Of a DNA stretch of 43,241 nt, positions 10,521 to 18,517 are shown in pieces. The DNA lies in the NCBI GenBank assembly GCA_041660505.1, contig JBAZWG010000001.1, positions 675,768 through 719,008 of the forward strand, written 5' to 3'. The notes beneath the pieces are model-generated. The model ran no database searches. It was not told the DNA's origin and saw only the letters and a program-made list of their open reading frames with translations. Positions within the stretch are counted from its first letter, which is position 1. Every line of letters starts with the position of its first letter. Made by a program: the position numbers and the translations under genes. The stretch comes from Minisyncoccota bacterium (GTDB taxonomy: Bacteria; Patescibacteriota; Minisyncoccia; Phycocordibacterales; JACRKE01).

Positions 10521-10641
10521 CAATTGGGCACAAGGGTTGTTGTAAGGACAAAAAGCGTGCGATTGCGTAAATTTTCACTTGTGATAGCCTTTTGTTAATA
10601 CTGTACCAATCACCCGCAACGAAAGAGAGGGAAAAGGTCTC

Positions 10642-11082
10642 ATGGTTGACATCAACAAACGACTGAAGGCCGAGGGCGTTGACCTGACTGGAGGAAACGC
10701 CACATTACTTGTGGAGCTTGCCAAGGATCTGGCTGTAATCGAACGCCAAATGAATGGCTTGTTCTGCAAGTTTCGTGAAGAGTTTCACGGCTCAAGCTTC
10801 GACCTATCGTTTCGGCCGATTACCAAGGGCAGACTCTTCGACAGTTTCAAGATTGAGGGTGTCCAGGTGGACATTCTCCTCTCGTCAGACATAGGCAGCT
10901 CGGATGCCAAGAGTATTTTCTGGGCTTTTGGCAAGCGAGTCGATTGCGAATGGAAGGATGGGCGACTCACGCTGCCGAAGATGCACTACTGGGTCCACGG
11001 GGGGAAAGACGACTTCGATCTCGCTGGCTGGGCCGAGAATCTCGAGAAGATCAACGGGCCTGCGAACGGAAAAAAGGAGTGA
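10642..11082 (+). CDS. hypothetical protein (orphan ORF inside the REP-bounded cassette)
   Basis: 146-aa open frame with no recognisable motif. By eye it is more GC-rich than its neighbours. It lies between REP-A copies 3 and 4. Confidence 0.45.
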   Translation: MVDINKRLKAEGVDLTGGNATLLVELAKDLAVIERQMNGLFCKFREEFHGSSFDLSFRPITKGRLFDSFKIEGVQVDILLSSDIGSSDAKSIFWAFGKRVDCEWKDGRLTLPKMHYWVHGGKDDFDLAGWAENLEKINGPANGKKE

Positions 11083-11140
11083 TTGGAAGCGGTGGCCGCG
11101 GGCAGAGCAATCTCCCGCGGCCGAAGCATTTCTACAGTGA

Positions 11141-11169
11141 ATAATTCGGAGGTCGGACCTCCGAATTAT
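11141..11169. repeat. REP-A palindrome copy 4 (29 bp, central G)
   Basis: ATAATTCGGAGGTC-G-GACCTCCGAATTAT, a perfect palindrome. The recG stop codon (11166..11168) lies in its right arm. Confidence 0.95.
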
Positions 11170-13388
11170 TCCAGATGGGTAAGTTTTGAATTTTGGATGT
11201 GGGTCGCTAACGCGGGATACTTTCTGAGTTCGGGGTCTTTGAAGATAAGCGCTTTGGCTTCGGCTCTGGCGGCTTCGACCATCTTTATATTTTTTATTGC
11301 TTCCATACCTAGATCAGAAATGCCCCATTGTTTACTGCCGGAGAGCTCGCCGCCGCCTCTTAACATCAGGTCTTGCTCGGCTAACTCAAAGCCATTTTTG
11401 GCATCTTTAAGCGCCAGCAGGCGCAATAGAGATTTTTCTGATTTAGAATCGGTGAAGACATAGCAATACGGCTGATAACTGCTTCTTTGCACCCGGCCTC
11501 TTAATTGGTGGAGTTGGGCTAGACCGAATCTTTCCGCACCTTCTATAATAATTATTGTGGCATTCGGTACGTTCACGCCGACTTCAACGACCGATGTTGC
11601 GACTAATATATCCAACTTGTGTTCAGAAAAATCATGCATTATTTTTTCTTTCTCTTTCGGGTTCAATTTGCCGTGCATGACGCCTACTGCATATTCTTGA
11701 AATATAGTTTTTTGCAATCGTTCTGCCTCGGCAGTCACCGACTTGGCCAGTATCGCCATTTCTTTGGTCGGATCAGGCTCGTTAATTCTCGGGCAGATTA
11801 TGTAGAGTTGGCGTCCGGTCTTCATTTCTTTCTTTATCTTCTCGTAAACTTCATCTCTTTGCGCTGGCAAGACGATGTCGGTGACGATTTGTTTGCGGCC
11901 AGCAGGGAGTTCGTCGAGTAAAGTTAAATCTAAATCGCCGTAGATTGTTAAAGCAAGCGTGCGCGGGATGGGCGTTGCTGTCATGGAAAGTAAATGCGGA
12001 ACAGGAGATAGGAGATGGGAGTTTGGAGATGGGGTGGATTCCCTAACTCCTAACTCCAAACTCCTAACTTCTGCGCGCTTGTTTGCAAGCGCGCGTCTCT
12101 GCATGACACCGAAGCGGTGCTGTTCATCTATAACGACAAATGCTAGATGCTTAAATTTTACTGATTTTTGTATTAACGCGTGCGTGCCGACGAGGATTGC
12201 GATCTCGCCGTTCGCCACCCACTTGAGGAGTTGGGTGCGTGAGATATCGGTCCAACCGTCGGGATTAATTTTCGACGGGAATTTTTTACAACCACTGCCG
12301 GTGATGAGGGCGATGTTTACCGGCAGATGTTTAAAGTAAGAGATGAAAGATTCGAAGTGTTGCTTGGCCAGAATCTCCGTTGGTGCCATATAGGCTGTTT
12401 GCAGAGTGCCGAAGTCTTGCTTCCCGGGCTTGGTGTTCATTGCGGCATACGCTGTTGTAGCCGCCACAGCTGTCTTTCCCGAGCCGACATCACCTTCCAA
12501 GAGACGCAACATCGGCTTACCGGATTTGAAGTCAGAAAGTATTGTTTCTATTGCCGAAATTTGTGCCACTGTAGGTTTGAACGGGAAACGACTCATGAAT
12601 TCTTTTACGACCTCTGTCCTCGGGCTGATTTGAAAAGTTGGATTAGCTTCATATGCTTGACGCATCATCTGGCGCGAGAGTTGAATGAAGAAAATTTCTT
12701 CAAAGGCGAAGCGTTTGCGCGCAGCAATAGCGTCTTCGTCGCGTTTGGGAGTGTGTATCCAGACGAGCGCGGTTTTATATGACGGTAAATTGTAACGCGC
12801 AAGTATCTCTTTCGGAATCGGATCTTGTAAAAGTTCATGGACTTTGGCGCGAAGTAATTTCTGAACGCTATGCTGAAGCCAAAGCGAAGTAACACCTGAC
12901 GTCTCTGGATAAACTGGTGTTGCAGTAATTTCTCCTTTCTCGAAGAGCGATCCCTCGCTACCCAGATCAATTCCTGATATTGACTCAAGCTCCGGGTTGG
13001 CTAGATATAGTTCTCCGTTCCTATCCTGCACTGTGCCGGTCAGGCGGGCATAAGCGCCTTCCGGAACCTTCTTGGCCATGTAGGCTTGATGGAACCAGAT
13101 TGCTTTGATCTTGCCAGTGTTGTCCGCGACATGGAGTTCGGCCATCGGGATTTTACTTCTGTATCCCTTTAGAGTTTTGGAACTTATAATTTGTGCGGTG
13201 ATGCTTGCGTAGTCACCGGCTTTGAGGTCTTGAATTTTCTTGAGCTCCGCCTTTTCTCCATAATGCGCGGGGAAGTGGCGCAATAAGTCTGACGCGGTTG
13301 CAATACGCAATTTTGTAAGCCCCGCGCGTTGGGGCGGGGTGAGGCGAAATATCTCTGCAAGTGGAGTATTAGGCTGTACTATCGCCAT
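11166..13388 (-). CDS. recG: ATP-dependent DNA helicase RecG
   Basis: 740 aa. Wedge/OB N-terminal region, Walker A GDVGSGKT, VIDEQHRFG, MTATPIPRT and QLHQLRGRV. Confidence 0.93.
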   Translation of the reverse strand: MAIVQPNTPLAEIFRLTPPQRAGLTKLRIATASDLLRHFPAHYGEKAELKKIQDLKAGDYASITAQIISSKTLKGYRSKIPMAELHVADNTGKIKAIWFHQAYMAKKVPEGAYARLTGTVQDRNGELYLANPELESISGIDLGSEGSLFEKGEITATPVYPETSGVTSLWLQHSVQKLLRAKVHELLQDPIPKEILARYNLPSYKTALVWIHTPKRDEDAIAARKRFAFEEIFFIQLSRQMMRQAYEANPTFQISPRTEVVKEFMSRFPFKPTVAQISAIETILSDFKSGKPMLRLLEGDVGSGKTAVAATTAYAAMNTKPGKQDFGTLQTAYMAPTEILAKQHFESFISYFKHLPVNIALITGSGCKKFPSKINPDGWTDISRTQLLKWVANGEIAILVGTHALIQKSVKFKHLAFVVIDEQHRFGVMQRRALANKRAEVRSLELGVRESTPSPNSHLLSPVPHLLSMTATPIPRTLALTIYGDLDLTLLDELPAGRKQIVTDIVLPAQRDEVYEKIKKEMKTGRQLYIICPRINEPDPTKEMAILAKSVTAEAERLQKTIFQEYAVGVMHGKLNPKEKEKIMHDFSEHKLDILVATSVVEVGVNVPNATIIIIEGAERFGLAQLHQLRGRVQRSSYQPYCYVFTDSKSEKSLLRLLALKDAKNGFELAEQDLMLRGGGELSGSKQWGISDLGMEAIKNIKMVEAARAEAKALIFKDPELRKYPALATHIQNSKLTHLE
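12004..12071. repeat. inverted pair of heptamer arrays (GGAGNTN)x4 / (CTCCNAN)x4 inside recG
   Basis: GGAG recurs at 12004, 12011, 12018 and 12025. CTCC recurs at 12047, 12054 and 12061, with CTTC at 12068. A 6-9 nt spacer separates the arms. Confidence 0.9.
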
Positions 13389-14034
13389 GTACGGTATGTC
13401 CTTTGTGTATCAGTTCATAATCGGTTTTGAAAAGGTATTGCGCGATACGGAAGATGCTGTATGTGATGAAGAACGCGGCGAAGACGTCGATGGAATAATG
13501 TTTGTGCCCGAGGATAGCGGCTGTGCCGAAAATAACCGAAAGAAAGAAAAAGAAAGAACGTGCGTACTTATTCCGCCAAAAAACCAGACCGACCAAGAAT
13601 GGCCCGCCGGTGTGGCCGGAAAAAAATAGATCACCACCGAATGTCAGCTTGCTCGCAAAGAAATTCGCGGCAGGTATTATCTCATGCTGTGGTGCGATAT
13701 GAGTCAGAATTATAAAGAAAGAACGTATCAGAATAAAAAGACTCATACTTTTCGCGAAGAATGGGAAATAGCGCGGTTTATATAGAAGCAACATTGTCAC
13801 GACTGTCCACATTATAACTGCGCCCTGCACATAAAGAAGTTCCACATCCCAAGCCGGTATCCGATCAAGGAGAAGGTCGCTGACTTGATTGCTGATAGAT
13901 TCGGTTGCATAGGTACCTGCGAAATAGTTGATACAGAAGCTTAAAGTCAGCATTAGAAGGCCTACTGCCGAAGAGGCCAAGAAAGCACGGTCGCGTATAC
14001 GAGTGTGCAAGTCGAGTTGTTTAAGCTTGTCCAT
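13369..14034 (-). CDS. PAP2_C / sphingomyelin-synthase-like integral membrane phosphotransferase
   Basis: 221 aa and multi-TM. Contains GGDLFFSGHTGG and HKHYSIDV motifs, which correspond to the SGHT and HYxxDV boxes of the PAP2_C family. Overlaps the recG start by 20 nt. Confidence 0.65.
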   Translation of the reverse strand: MDKLKQLDLHTRIRDRAFLASSAVGLLMLTLSFCINYFAGTYATESISNQVSDLLLDRIPAWDVELLYVQGAVIMWTVVTMLLLYKPRYFPFFAKSMSLFILIRSFFIILTHIAPQHEIIPAANFFASKLTFGGDLFFSGHTGGPFLVGLVFWRNKYARSFFFFLSVIFGTAAILGHKHYSIDVFAAFFITYSIFRIAQYLFKTDYELIHKGHTVHGDSTA

Positions 14035-14053
14035 ACGTGTTACTATTGGCTAT

Positions 14054-14656
14054 ATGTTCTTCGGTACGGCTTCGATTATAGCATTGATTGAGCACTATGG
14101 GTATACCATTATTTTCCCGATTTCGATCGTCGAAGGGCCGGTCGTCACGCTTATTTCCGGCTTTTTGGTTTCGCTCGGGCTGTTGAACGCCTTCGGTGTC
14201 TTCTGTGTTCTTGTTGCCGGTGACTTGGTTGGTGACACATTATATTATTTCATCGGCCGATGGGGCAGAGAGGGATTCGTTCGCCGTTGGGGTAAGTACT
14301 TTGGCCTCACGCCAGAACGCGTTGCCCACGTGCGGGAATATTTCCACACACGAGGGTGGAAGCTACTTTTACTTTCGAAGGCGCATGGTGCCGGCTCTCT
14401 CGTTCTTTTCTCCGCAGGTGCGGCCGAGATGCCATATCCCAAATTCTTATTTTATAATTTTGTCGGTACCGTTCCGCGCGTGTTCATTCTGGAAACAATC
14501 GGCATTTACGGTGGCGCGAGCTTCGCTCTCATTAATCAGTATGTGAACGGTGTTGCGGCGGTATTATCTGTTGTCTTCATTCTCGCAGTTGCTTGGTGGT
14601 TTTATAAACGGTCAGGAGGTGAGTCCTCCGGCAGAGGCGGAGGTCTCACCTCCTGA
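14054..14656 (+). CDS. DedA/SNARE-associated family membrane protein
   Basis: From the ATG at 14054: MFFGTASIIALIEHYGYTIIFPISIVEGPVVTLISGFL..., a typical DedA N-terminus. The track ORF start at 13928 overlaps the divergent upstream gene. Confidence 0.8.
   Translation: MFFGTASIIALIEHYGYTIIFPISIVEGPVVTLISGFLVSLGLLNAFGVFCVLVAGDLVGDTLYYFIGRWGREGFVRRWGKYFGLTPERVAHVREYFHTRGWKLLLLSKAHGAGSLVLFSAGAAEMPYPKFLFYNFVGTVPRVFILETIGIYGGASFALINQYVNGVAAVLSVVFILAVAWWFYKRSGGESSGRGGGLTS
14612..14656. repeat. family-C palindrome (GGAGGTGAGTCCTCC ... GGAGGTCTCACCTCC)
   Basis: Outer arms TCAGGAGGTGAG / CTCACCTCCTGA and inner arms CCTCCG / CGGAGG. It encodes the DedA tail SGGESSGRGGGLTS and contains the TGA stop. 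Confidence 0.9.
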
Positions 14657-14663
14657 GAGTAAT

Positions 14664-15842
14664 ATGAAGATCCTCATTGCGACCGAAAGTTACTGGCCGA
14701 ATGCCGATGGGGGTGCCTTGTTTGAGAGACGGCTCGTGAATGGTTTGATAGACAGAGGCCACACAGTGACTGTCTGGGCGCCCTCGCCATCATTTAAAAA
14801 CTTCGACGAAATAGACGGTCGTTATACTATCCATCGTGAACGCAGTATTGTCTTCTGGGCGAATAAGAAATATCGTTTCAGTCTCGCACCTTTTCTTTCT
14901 GCTCGACGTATTATTCTGCGAGATAAACCGGACGTGATTCATACCCACACGGCGTATTTCATCGGTCTGTCGATAATGTTCTGGGCGCGGAGATATAAAA
15001 TCCCGGTAGTCGCCACTAACCACTTCATGCCGGAAAACCTAATAGGCAATCTTCGTTGGCCGAAAATATTCGATGGTATGCTGACAAAATTAACTTGGGA
15101 ATTTTTGATCTGGTTCCATAACAAAGCCAGCTTCGTGACTTCGCCAACGCCGACGGCGGTTGATTTGCTTGTTGCGCACGGCTTACGCATGCCGCATCGC
15201 GCGGTGACTAACGGCATAGACATGGCAGTATTCAAACCGAATCAAGATGTAAACAGTGTGATAAAGAAATATAATATTGCGACAGATCGTCCAGTCATAT
15301 TATATCTTGGCAGGCTTGATGGCGAGAAGCGCGTAGACGTAATCGTTTCTGCTGTTGCCGAACTTTTGAAAATACAAAAAGTCCAACTCGTACTTTCCGG
15401 ATTCGGTCCTATGATGAAGGAATTACAGAAACAAGTATCGGAATTGGGGATTACCGACCAGGTAATATTTACCGGGTACATCGATGATCAGGATAAGCCG
15501 CTTTTATATAATGGCGCGACAGTCTTCGTCATCGCCTCACCGGCCGAGCTCCAAAGTATCGTCACGCTTGAGGCTATGGCGTCGGGACTGCCAATTATTG
15601 CAGTGGACGTTGCCGCGTTGCACGAGTTATGTCATGACGGCGAAAACGGATATCTCTTCCCGAACGGTAATGTCAGCGCCCTGACTGAAAATCTAAAGAA
15701 ACTTATTACCGACAAAGATCTGCAAAAAAAGTTCGGCGCAGAAAGCATAAAAATAGTAAAAGAAAGTCATTCGTCAGAACATATGCTGGACGAGTATGAA
15801 TCTGTATATAAGACTATTGTCTCCGAGGTTCAACCTTTTTGA
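14664..15842 (+). CDS. glycosyltransferase family 4
   Basis: Starts at the ATG at 14664 (MKILIATESYWPNADGG). The C-terminal half has a GT4 region (SPAELQSIVTLEAMASGLPIIAVD). Confidence 0.85.
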   Translation: MKILIATESYWPNADGGALFERRLVNGLIDRGHTVTVWAPSPSFKNFDEIDGRYTIHRERSIVFWANKKYRFSLAPFLSARRIILRDKPDVIHTHTAYFIGLSIMFWARRYKIPVVATNHFMPENLIGNLRWPKIFDGMLTKLTWEFLIWFHNKASFVTSPTPTAVDLLVAHGLRMPHRAVTNGIDMAVFKPNQDVNSVIKKYNIATDRPVILYLGRLDGEKRVDVIVSAVAELLKIQKVQLVLSGFGPMMKELQKQVSELGITDQVIFTGYIDDQDKPLLYNGATVFVIASPAELQSIVTLEAMASGLPIIAVDVAALHELCHDGENGYLFPNGNVSALTENLKKLITDKDLQKKFGAESIKIVKESHSSEHMLDEYESVYKTIVSEVQPF

Positions 15843-15864
15843 TGCTTAAGGTTGAACCTCGGAG
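15821..15864. repeat. family-E hairpin copy E1 (17-bp stem, loop TTTGATGCTT)
   Basis: CTCCGAGGTTCAACCTT / AAGGTTGAACCTCGGAG. The left arm encodes the GT4 C-terminus SEVQPF, and the stop codon lies in the loop. It sits between convergent genes. Confidence 0.95.
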
Positions 15865-15870
15865 CCGGCA

Positions 15871-16614
15871 TTATTGCATATCGCCCAGAATAGACTGAAT
15901 GATTGAGATTGCGACGGGGGCGGCTGTGGAGGCACGGAGAGTACGTGGGCCGAGATGTGCCATAATGGCGTTGGTTGACTTGGCAAACTGCGCGAGTTCT
16001 TCTTCCGATAAGCCGCCTTCCGGGCCGATACAGATGCCAACAGAGAGACCGAGCAGTTTCGGAATTTCCGAGGCCATATGCGAAAGCGATTTCTTGCCTT
16101 TTGCATCTATTATATAGAAATGATCCATGGCGAGGACTTGCTTCTCTAATTCTTCCTCGTCTTTAATTATCTCGATGGCGGGCCAGACAACACGATCGCA
16201 CTGCTTAGCGGATTCAAGCGCAATATTTGCCCAACGTTCCAGTTTGTCATTTGCTCCGTCCAAGAGCTGTTGCGGAGAATTACTGCTTTGGAAGAAGTGA
16301 ATCTGCTCGACGCCGAGCTCCGTGCCTTTTTGCAGAATAACATCGATAGTCTTTTCCTTCGTACAAGCTTGGAAGAGATGTATATGGATTCGTGGCTCGC
16401 GCGGGACTTTTATTTCCTCGTCGACGTGTACGGTAATGTTCCTGCGTCCGATTTCTGATATCACTGCGCGGAAACGGCGTTTGTCCGGTCCCTGCAGTTT
16501 AATAGCTTCACCGATACGGATGCGCCTGGCGTGCATCAGATGGTGAGCTTCCTCGCCGGCGATAATCGCTTCTTCTCCGGCCATTAAATTTTGCGAGGCG
16601 AAAAAATATGACAT
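15871..16614 (-). CDS. rsmE: 16S rRNA (uracil1498-N3)-methyltransferase
   Basis: 247 aa. The RsmE-type C-terminal motif IGPEGGLSEEEL is present. Confidence 0.85.
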   Translation of the reverse strand: MSYFFASQNLMAGEEAIIAGEEAHHLMHARRIRIGEAIKLQGPDKRRFRAVISEIGRRNITVHVDEEIKVPREPRIHIHLFQACTKEKTIDVILQKGTELGVEQIHFFQSSNSPQQLLDGANDKLERWANIALESAKQCDRVVWPAIEIIKDEEELEKQVLAMDHFYIIDAKGKKSLSHMASEIPKLLGLSVGICIGPEGGLSEEELAQFAKSTNAIMAHLGPRTLRASTAAPVAISIIQSILGDMQ

Positions 16615-16616
16615 AC

Positions 16617-17627
16617 CTAGAAGCTGATTAAGCTGTTTTTGATTGCCGAAGCAAGTTCAGCCGGACTCTTCTCTGCAATGGCGGCAAGGAATGAGGCACG
16701 TTCAGCCTTCGACATCAATACCGACTGGCTCTTAGTGATATTAATGGGGAAGAGGCCTAGCTCAGTGGTTGTCGAATTCAACTGAACGCCAAGCATCAAG
16801 CCTCGCCTAGTCTCGTCAGAAAAGTTCTGGTCGAAGATGAAGTTGCCGAGCGAGTAAAAGATCAATTTATTTTTATAGCGCTCTATATCTTGGACGACAT
16901 GCGGATGCGATCCGAGGACGATATCCGCGCCCCTGTCTACGAAAGCGCGACCAAGCGATTCTTGCCTCGAATTATGCTCTGGCGCGTATTCATCACCCCA
17001 GTGCGCCAACACAACAAGCAAAGATCCTGGATTTTCTGTTCGCGCTTTCGCTATCAGATCGCCAGCCTTGGCGGTGTCGAATACAGGCACAGTGGCGTTG
17101 AACGCCATAAAGGTTATTTTTTTATCTCTAAGCTCGACGGTTGTAACAATACCTTTCGAAAGGTCGTAAGGATGGCCAATGGGGCTTATGCCTGACGCTT
17201 GTAAATTGGTTTTCGTTTCGTCGAAGCCGGGAGCCCCGTAGTCGAAGGCATGATTATTGGCGATAGAAACCACGCCGAAGTTCGCATCGATAAGCTGGGC
17301 AATCGACTTGGGCGAGAAAGAAAACTTCATCGCCAGACCGTCGCGATAATTATATTTTTCTCGGACCGTGCCCCCGAAGTTGCCGACCGACAAATCGAAA
17401 TTCTTCAAAAATGATGAGATATTTTTTAGCGGGTAATCATAGCCGTTGGTATCCATAAGCGTGCCGACTTGGCGCCCCAGCATAATGTCGCCGACAACAG
17501 CAAATTTCACCGGAGGAATAATCACCGCCTCCGTGTTTTTTTTGGTGGCGTTTTGTTTGGCACTTACTACCGCCAAGCCAGCCATAAGACATATCGCCAA
17601 AATTCCCGCTAATGCCGCGTTACGCAT
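16617..17627 (-). CDS. CapA-family (PGA_cap) metallophosphoesterase-like protein
   Basis: Signal/TM N-terminus, then VVGDIMLGR, ANNHAFDYG, HWGDEY and GSHPHV motifs. Confidence 0.8.
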   Translation of the reverse strand: MRNAALAGILAICLMAGLAVVSAKQNATKKNTEAVIIPPVKFAVVGDIMLGRQVGTLMDTNGYDYPLKNISSFLKNFDLSVGNFGGTVREKYNYRDGLAMKFSFSPKSIAQLIDANFGVVSIANNHAFDYGAPGFDETKTNLQASGISPIGHPYDLSKGIVTTVELRDKKITFMAFNATVPVFDTAKAGDLIAKARTENPGSLLVVLAHWGDEYAPEHNSRQESLGRAFVDRGADIVLGSHPHVVQDIERYKNKLIFYSLGNFIFDQNFSDETRRGLMLGVQLNSTTTELGLFPINITKSQSVLMSKAERASFLAAIAEKSPAELASAIKNSLISF

Positions 17628-18453
17628 GATTCGTATATGATAGCGTAAGCCAGGATTTTATCAAATCAGCGACATGTTCCGGTTCCTCGAACGGCAGAAC
17701 GTGGCCGGTATTGGGTATAAGGCGCCACGAACTATTTGGTATTTTAGAAGTCAGTTTTCGCAGGCTTTTGGTTGTAGCTATCTCGTCCGACCCTCCGGCC
17801 ACGACAAGCGTCGGTATTGCGACCTGCGAGGCAAGCGACGATATATCTTTAGTCAGCACCTCATCAGAAATTTCTGTGAATGCTCGCGGTTCGAGATGGG
17901 ACACTTCTTTCATGTTCGCATCATACAGTTCGTGGCGTTTGGTACTGTTACTTGATTTAATTAGTAGGTGGCTTAGAAAATATTGATATGTCTTGCTTTT
18001 GGCTATCTTAACTCTCAAGCTGTTTGGGAGAACCCCAGCAATATTCAAACCGACCTTCGTGACTAGACCGTCTGCGGCGATGACCGGCATAAGCAGGATT
18101 AATCTTTCCACCGCCTGCGGATATTTGACAGCGAATTGCATCGCCACTCGCCCGCCGAATGAATGGCCGACGATTATCGGATGCTCTATTTTATTTTCGC
18201 GCAGGAATTCATTAAGCCAATCGGCATAGTTTATAATACAATGTTTTGTGGCCAGTGCTTCTGATTCGCCGCAGGCCGGCAGGTCGATGAGTATTACATG
18301 ATAGCCGTCCAGGTGCCGCGCCACATCAATAAGCCCCGAGTGATTACCGGGGAAGCCATGGATGATAACGATAGTTTGCGCCTGATCAACCCCTTTTTCC
18401 CAATAAGCGGCGCGGAACCCTTCGATTACTATATCTTTTCGTTCAAAAGTCAC
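17620..18453 (-). CDS. alpha/beta-fold hydrolase
   Basis: 277 aa. IIHGFPGN, nucleophile elbow GHSFGG, and a C-terminal GH. Confidence 0.75.
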   Translation of the reverse strand: MTFERKDIVIEGFRAAYWEKGVDQAQTIVIIHGFPGNHSGLIDVARHLDGYHVILIDLPACGESEALATKHCIINYADWLNEFLRENKIEHPIIVGHSFGGRVAMQFAVKYPQAVERLILLMPVIAADGLVTKVGLNIAGVLPNSLRVKIAKSKTYQYFLSHLLIKSSNSTKRHELYDANMKEVSHLEPRAFTEISDEVLTKDISSLASQVAIPTLVVAGGSDEIATTKSLRKLTSKIPNSSWRLIPNTGHVLPFEEPEHVADLIKSWLTLSYTNHA

Positions 18454-18517
18454 GACTCGTGTATCATAGCTTTTGTGTGGCCAATTGTCTATTTTCGTGG
18501 TATCGTATCTAGACTAT

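Larger units (their letters stand above)
9745..11195. mobile_element. RAYT-1/REP cassette bounded by a 30-bp imperfect direct repeat
   Basis: Direct repeats at 9745..9774 and 11166..11195 (25/30 identical). They enclose four REP-A palindromes, a Y1-transposase-like gene and one orphan ORF. Confidence 0.6.

Noticed and set aside
9779-11169. REP-A copies as a possible CRISPR array
   Set aside because: The repeats are perfect palindromes in mixed orientations with irregular spacing (about 180, 500 and 620 bp). Genes lie between them and no cas genes are in the window.
10904-11463. Overlapping + strand ORFs 10904..11140, 10944..11144 and 11083..11463
   Set aside because: They are alternative frames of the orphan ORF or antisense to the recG 3' end. 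They are Arg/Gly/Ser-rich, lie in a GC-richer stretch, and have no independent support.
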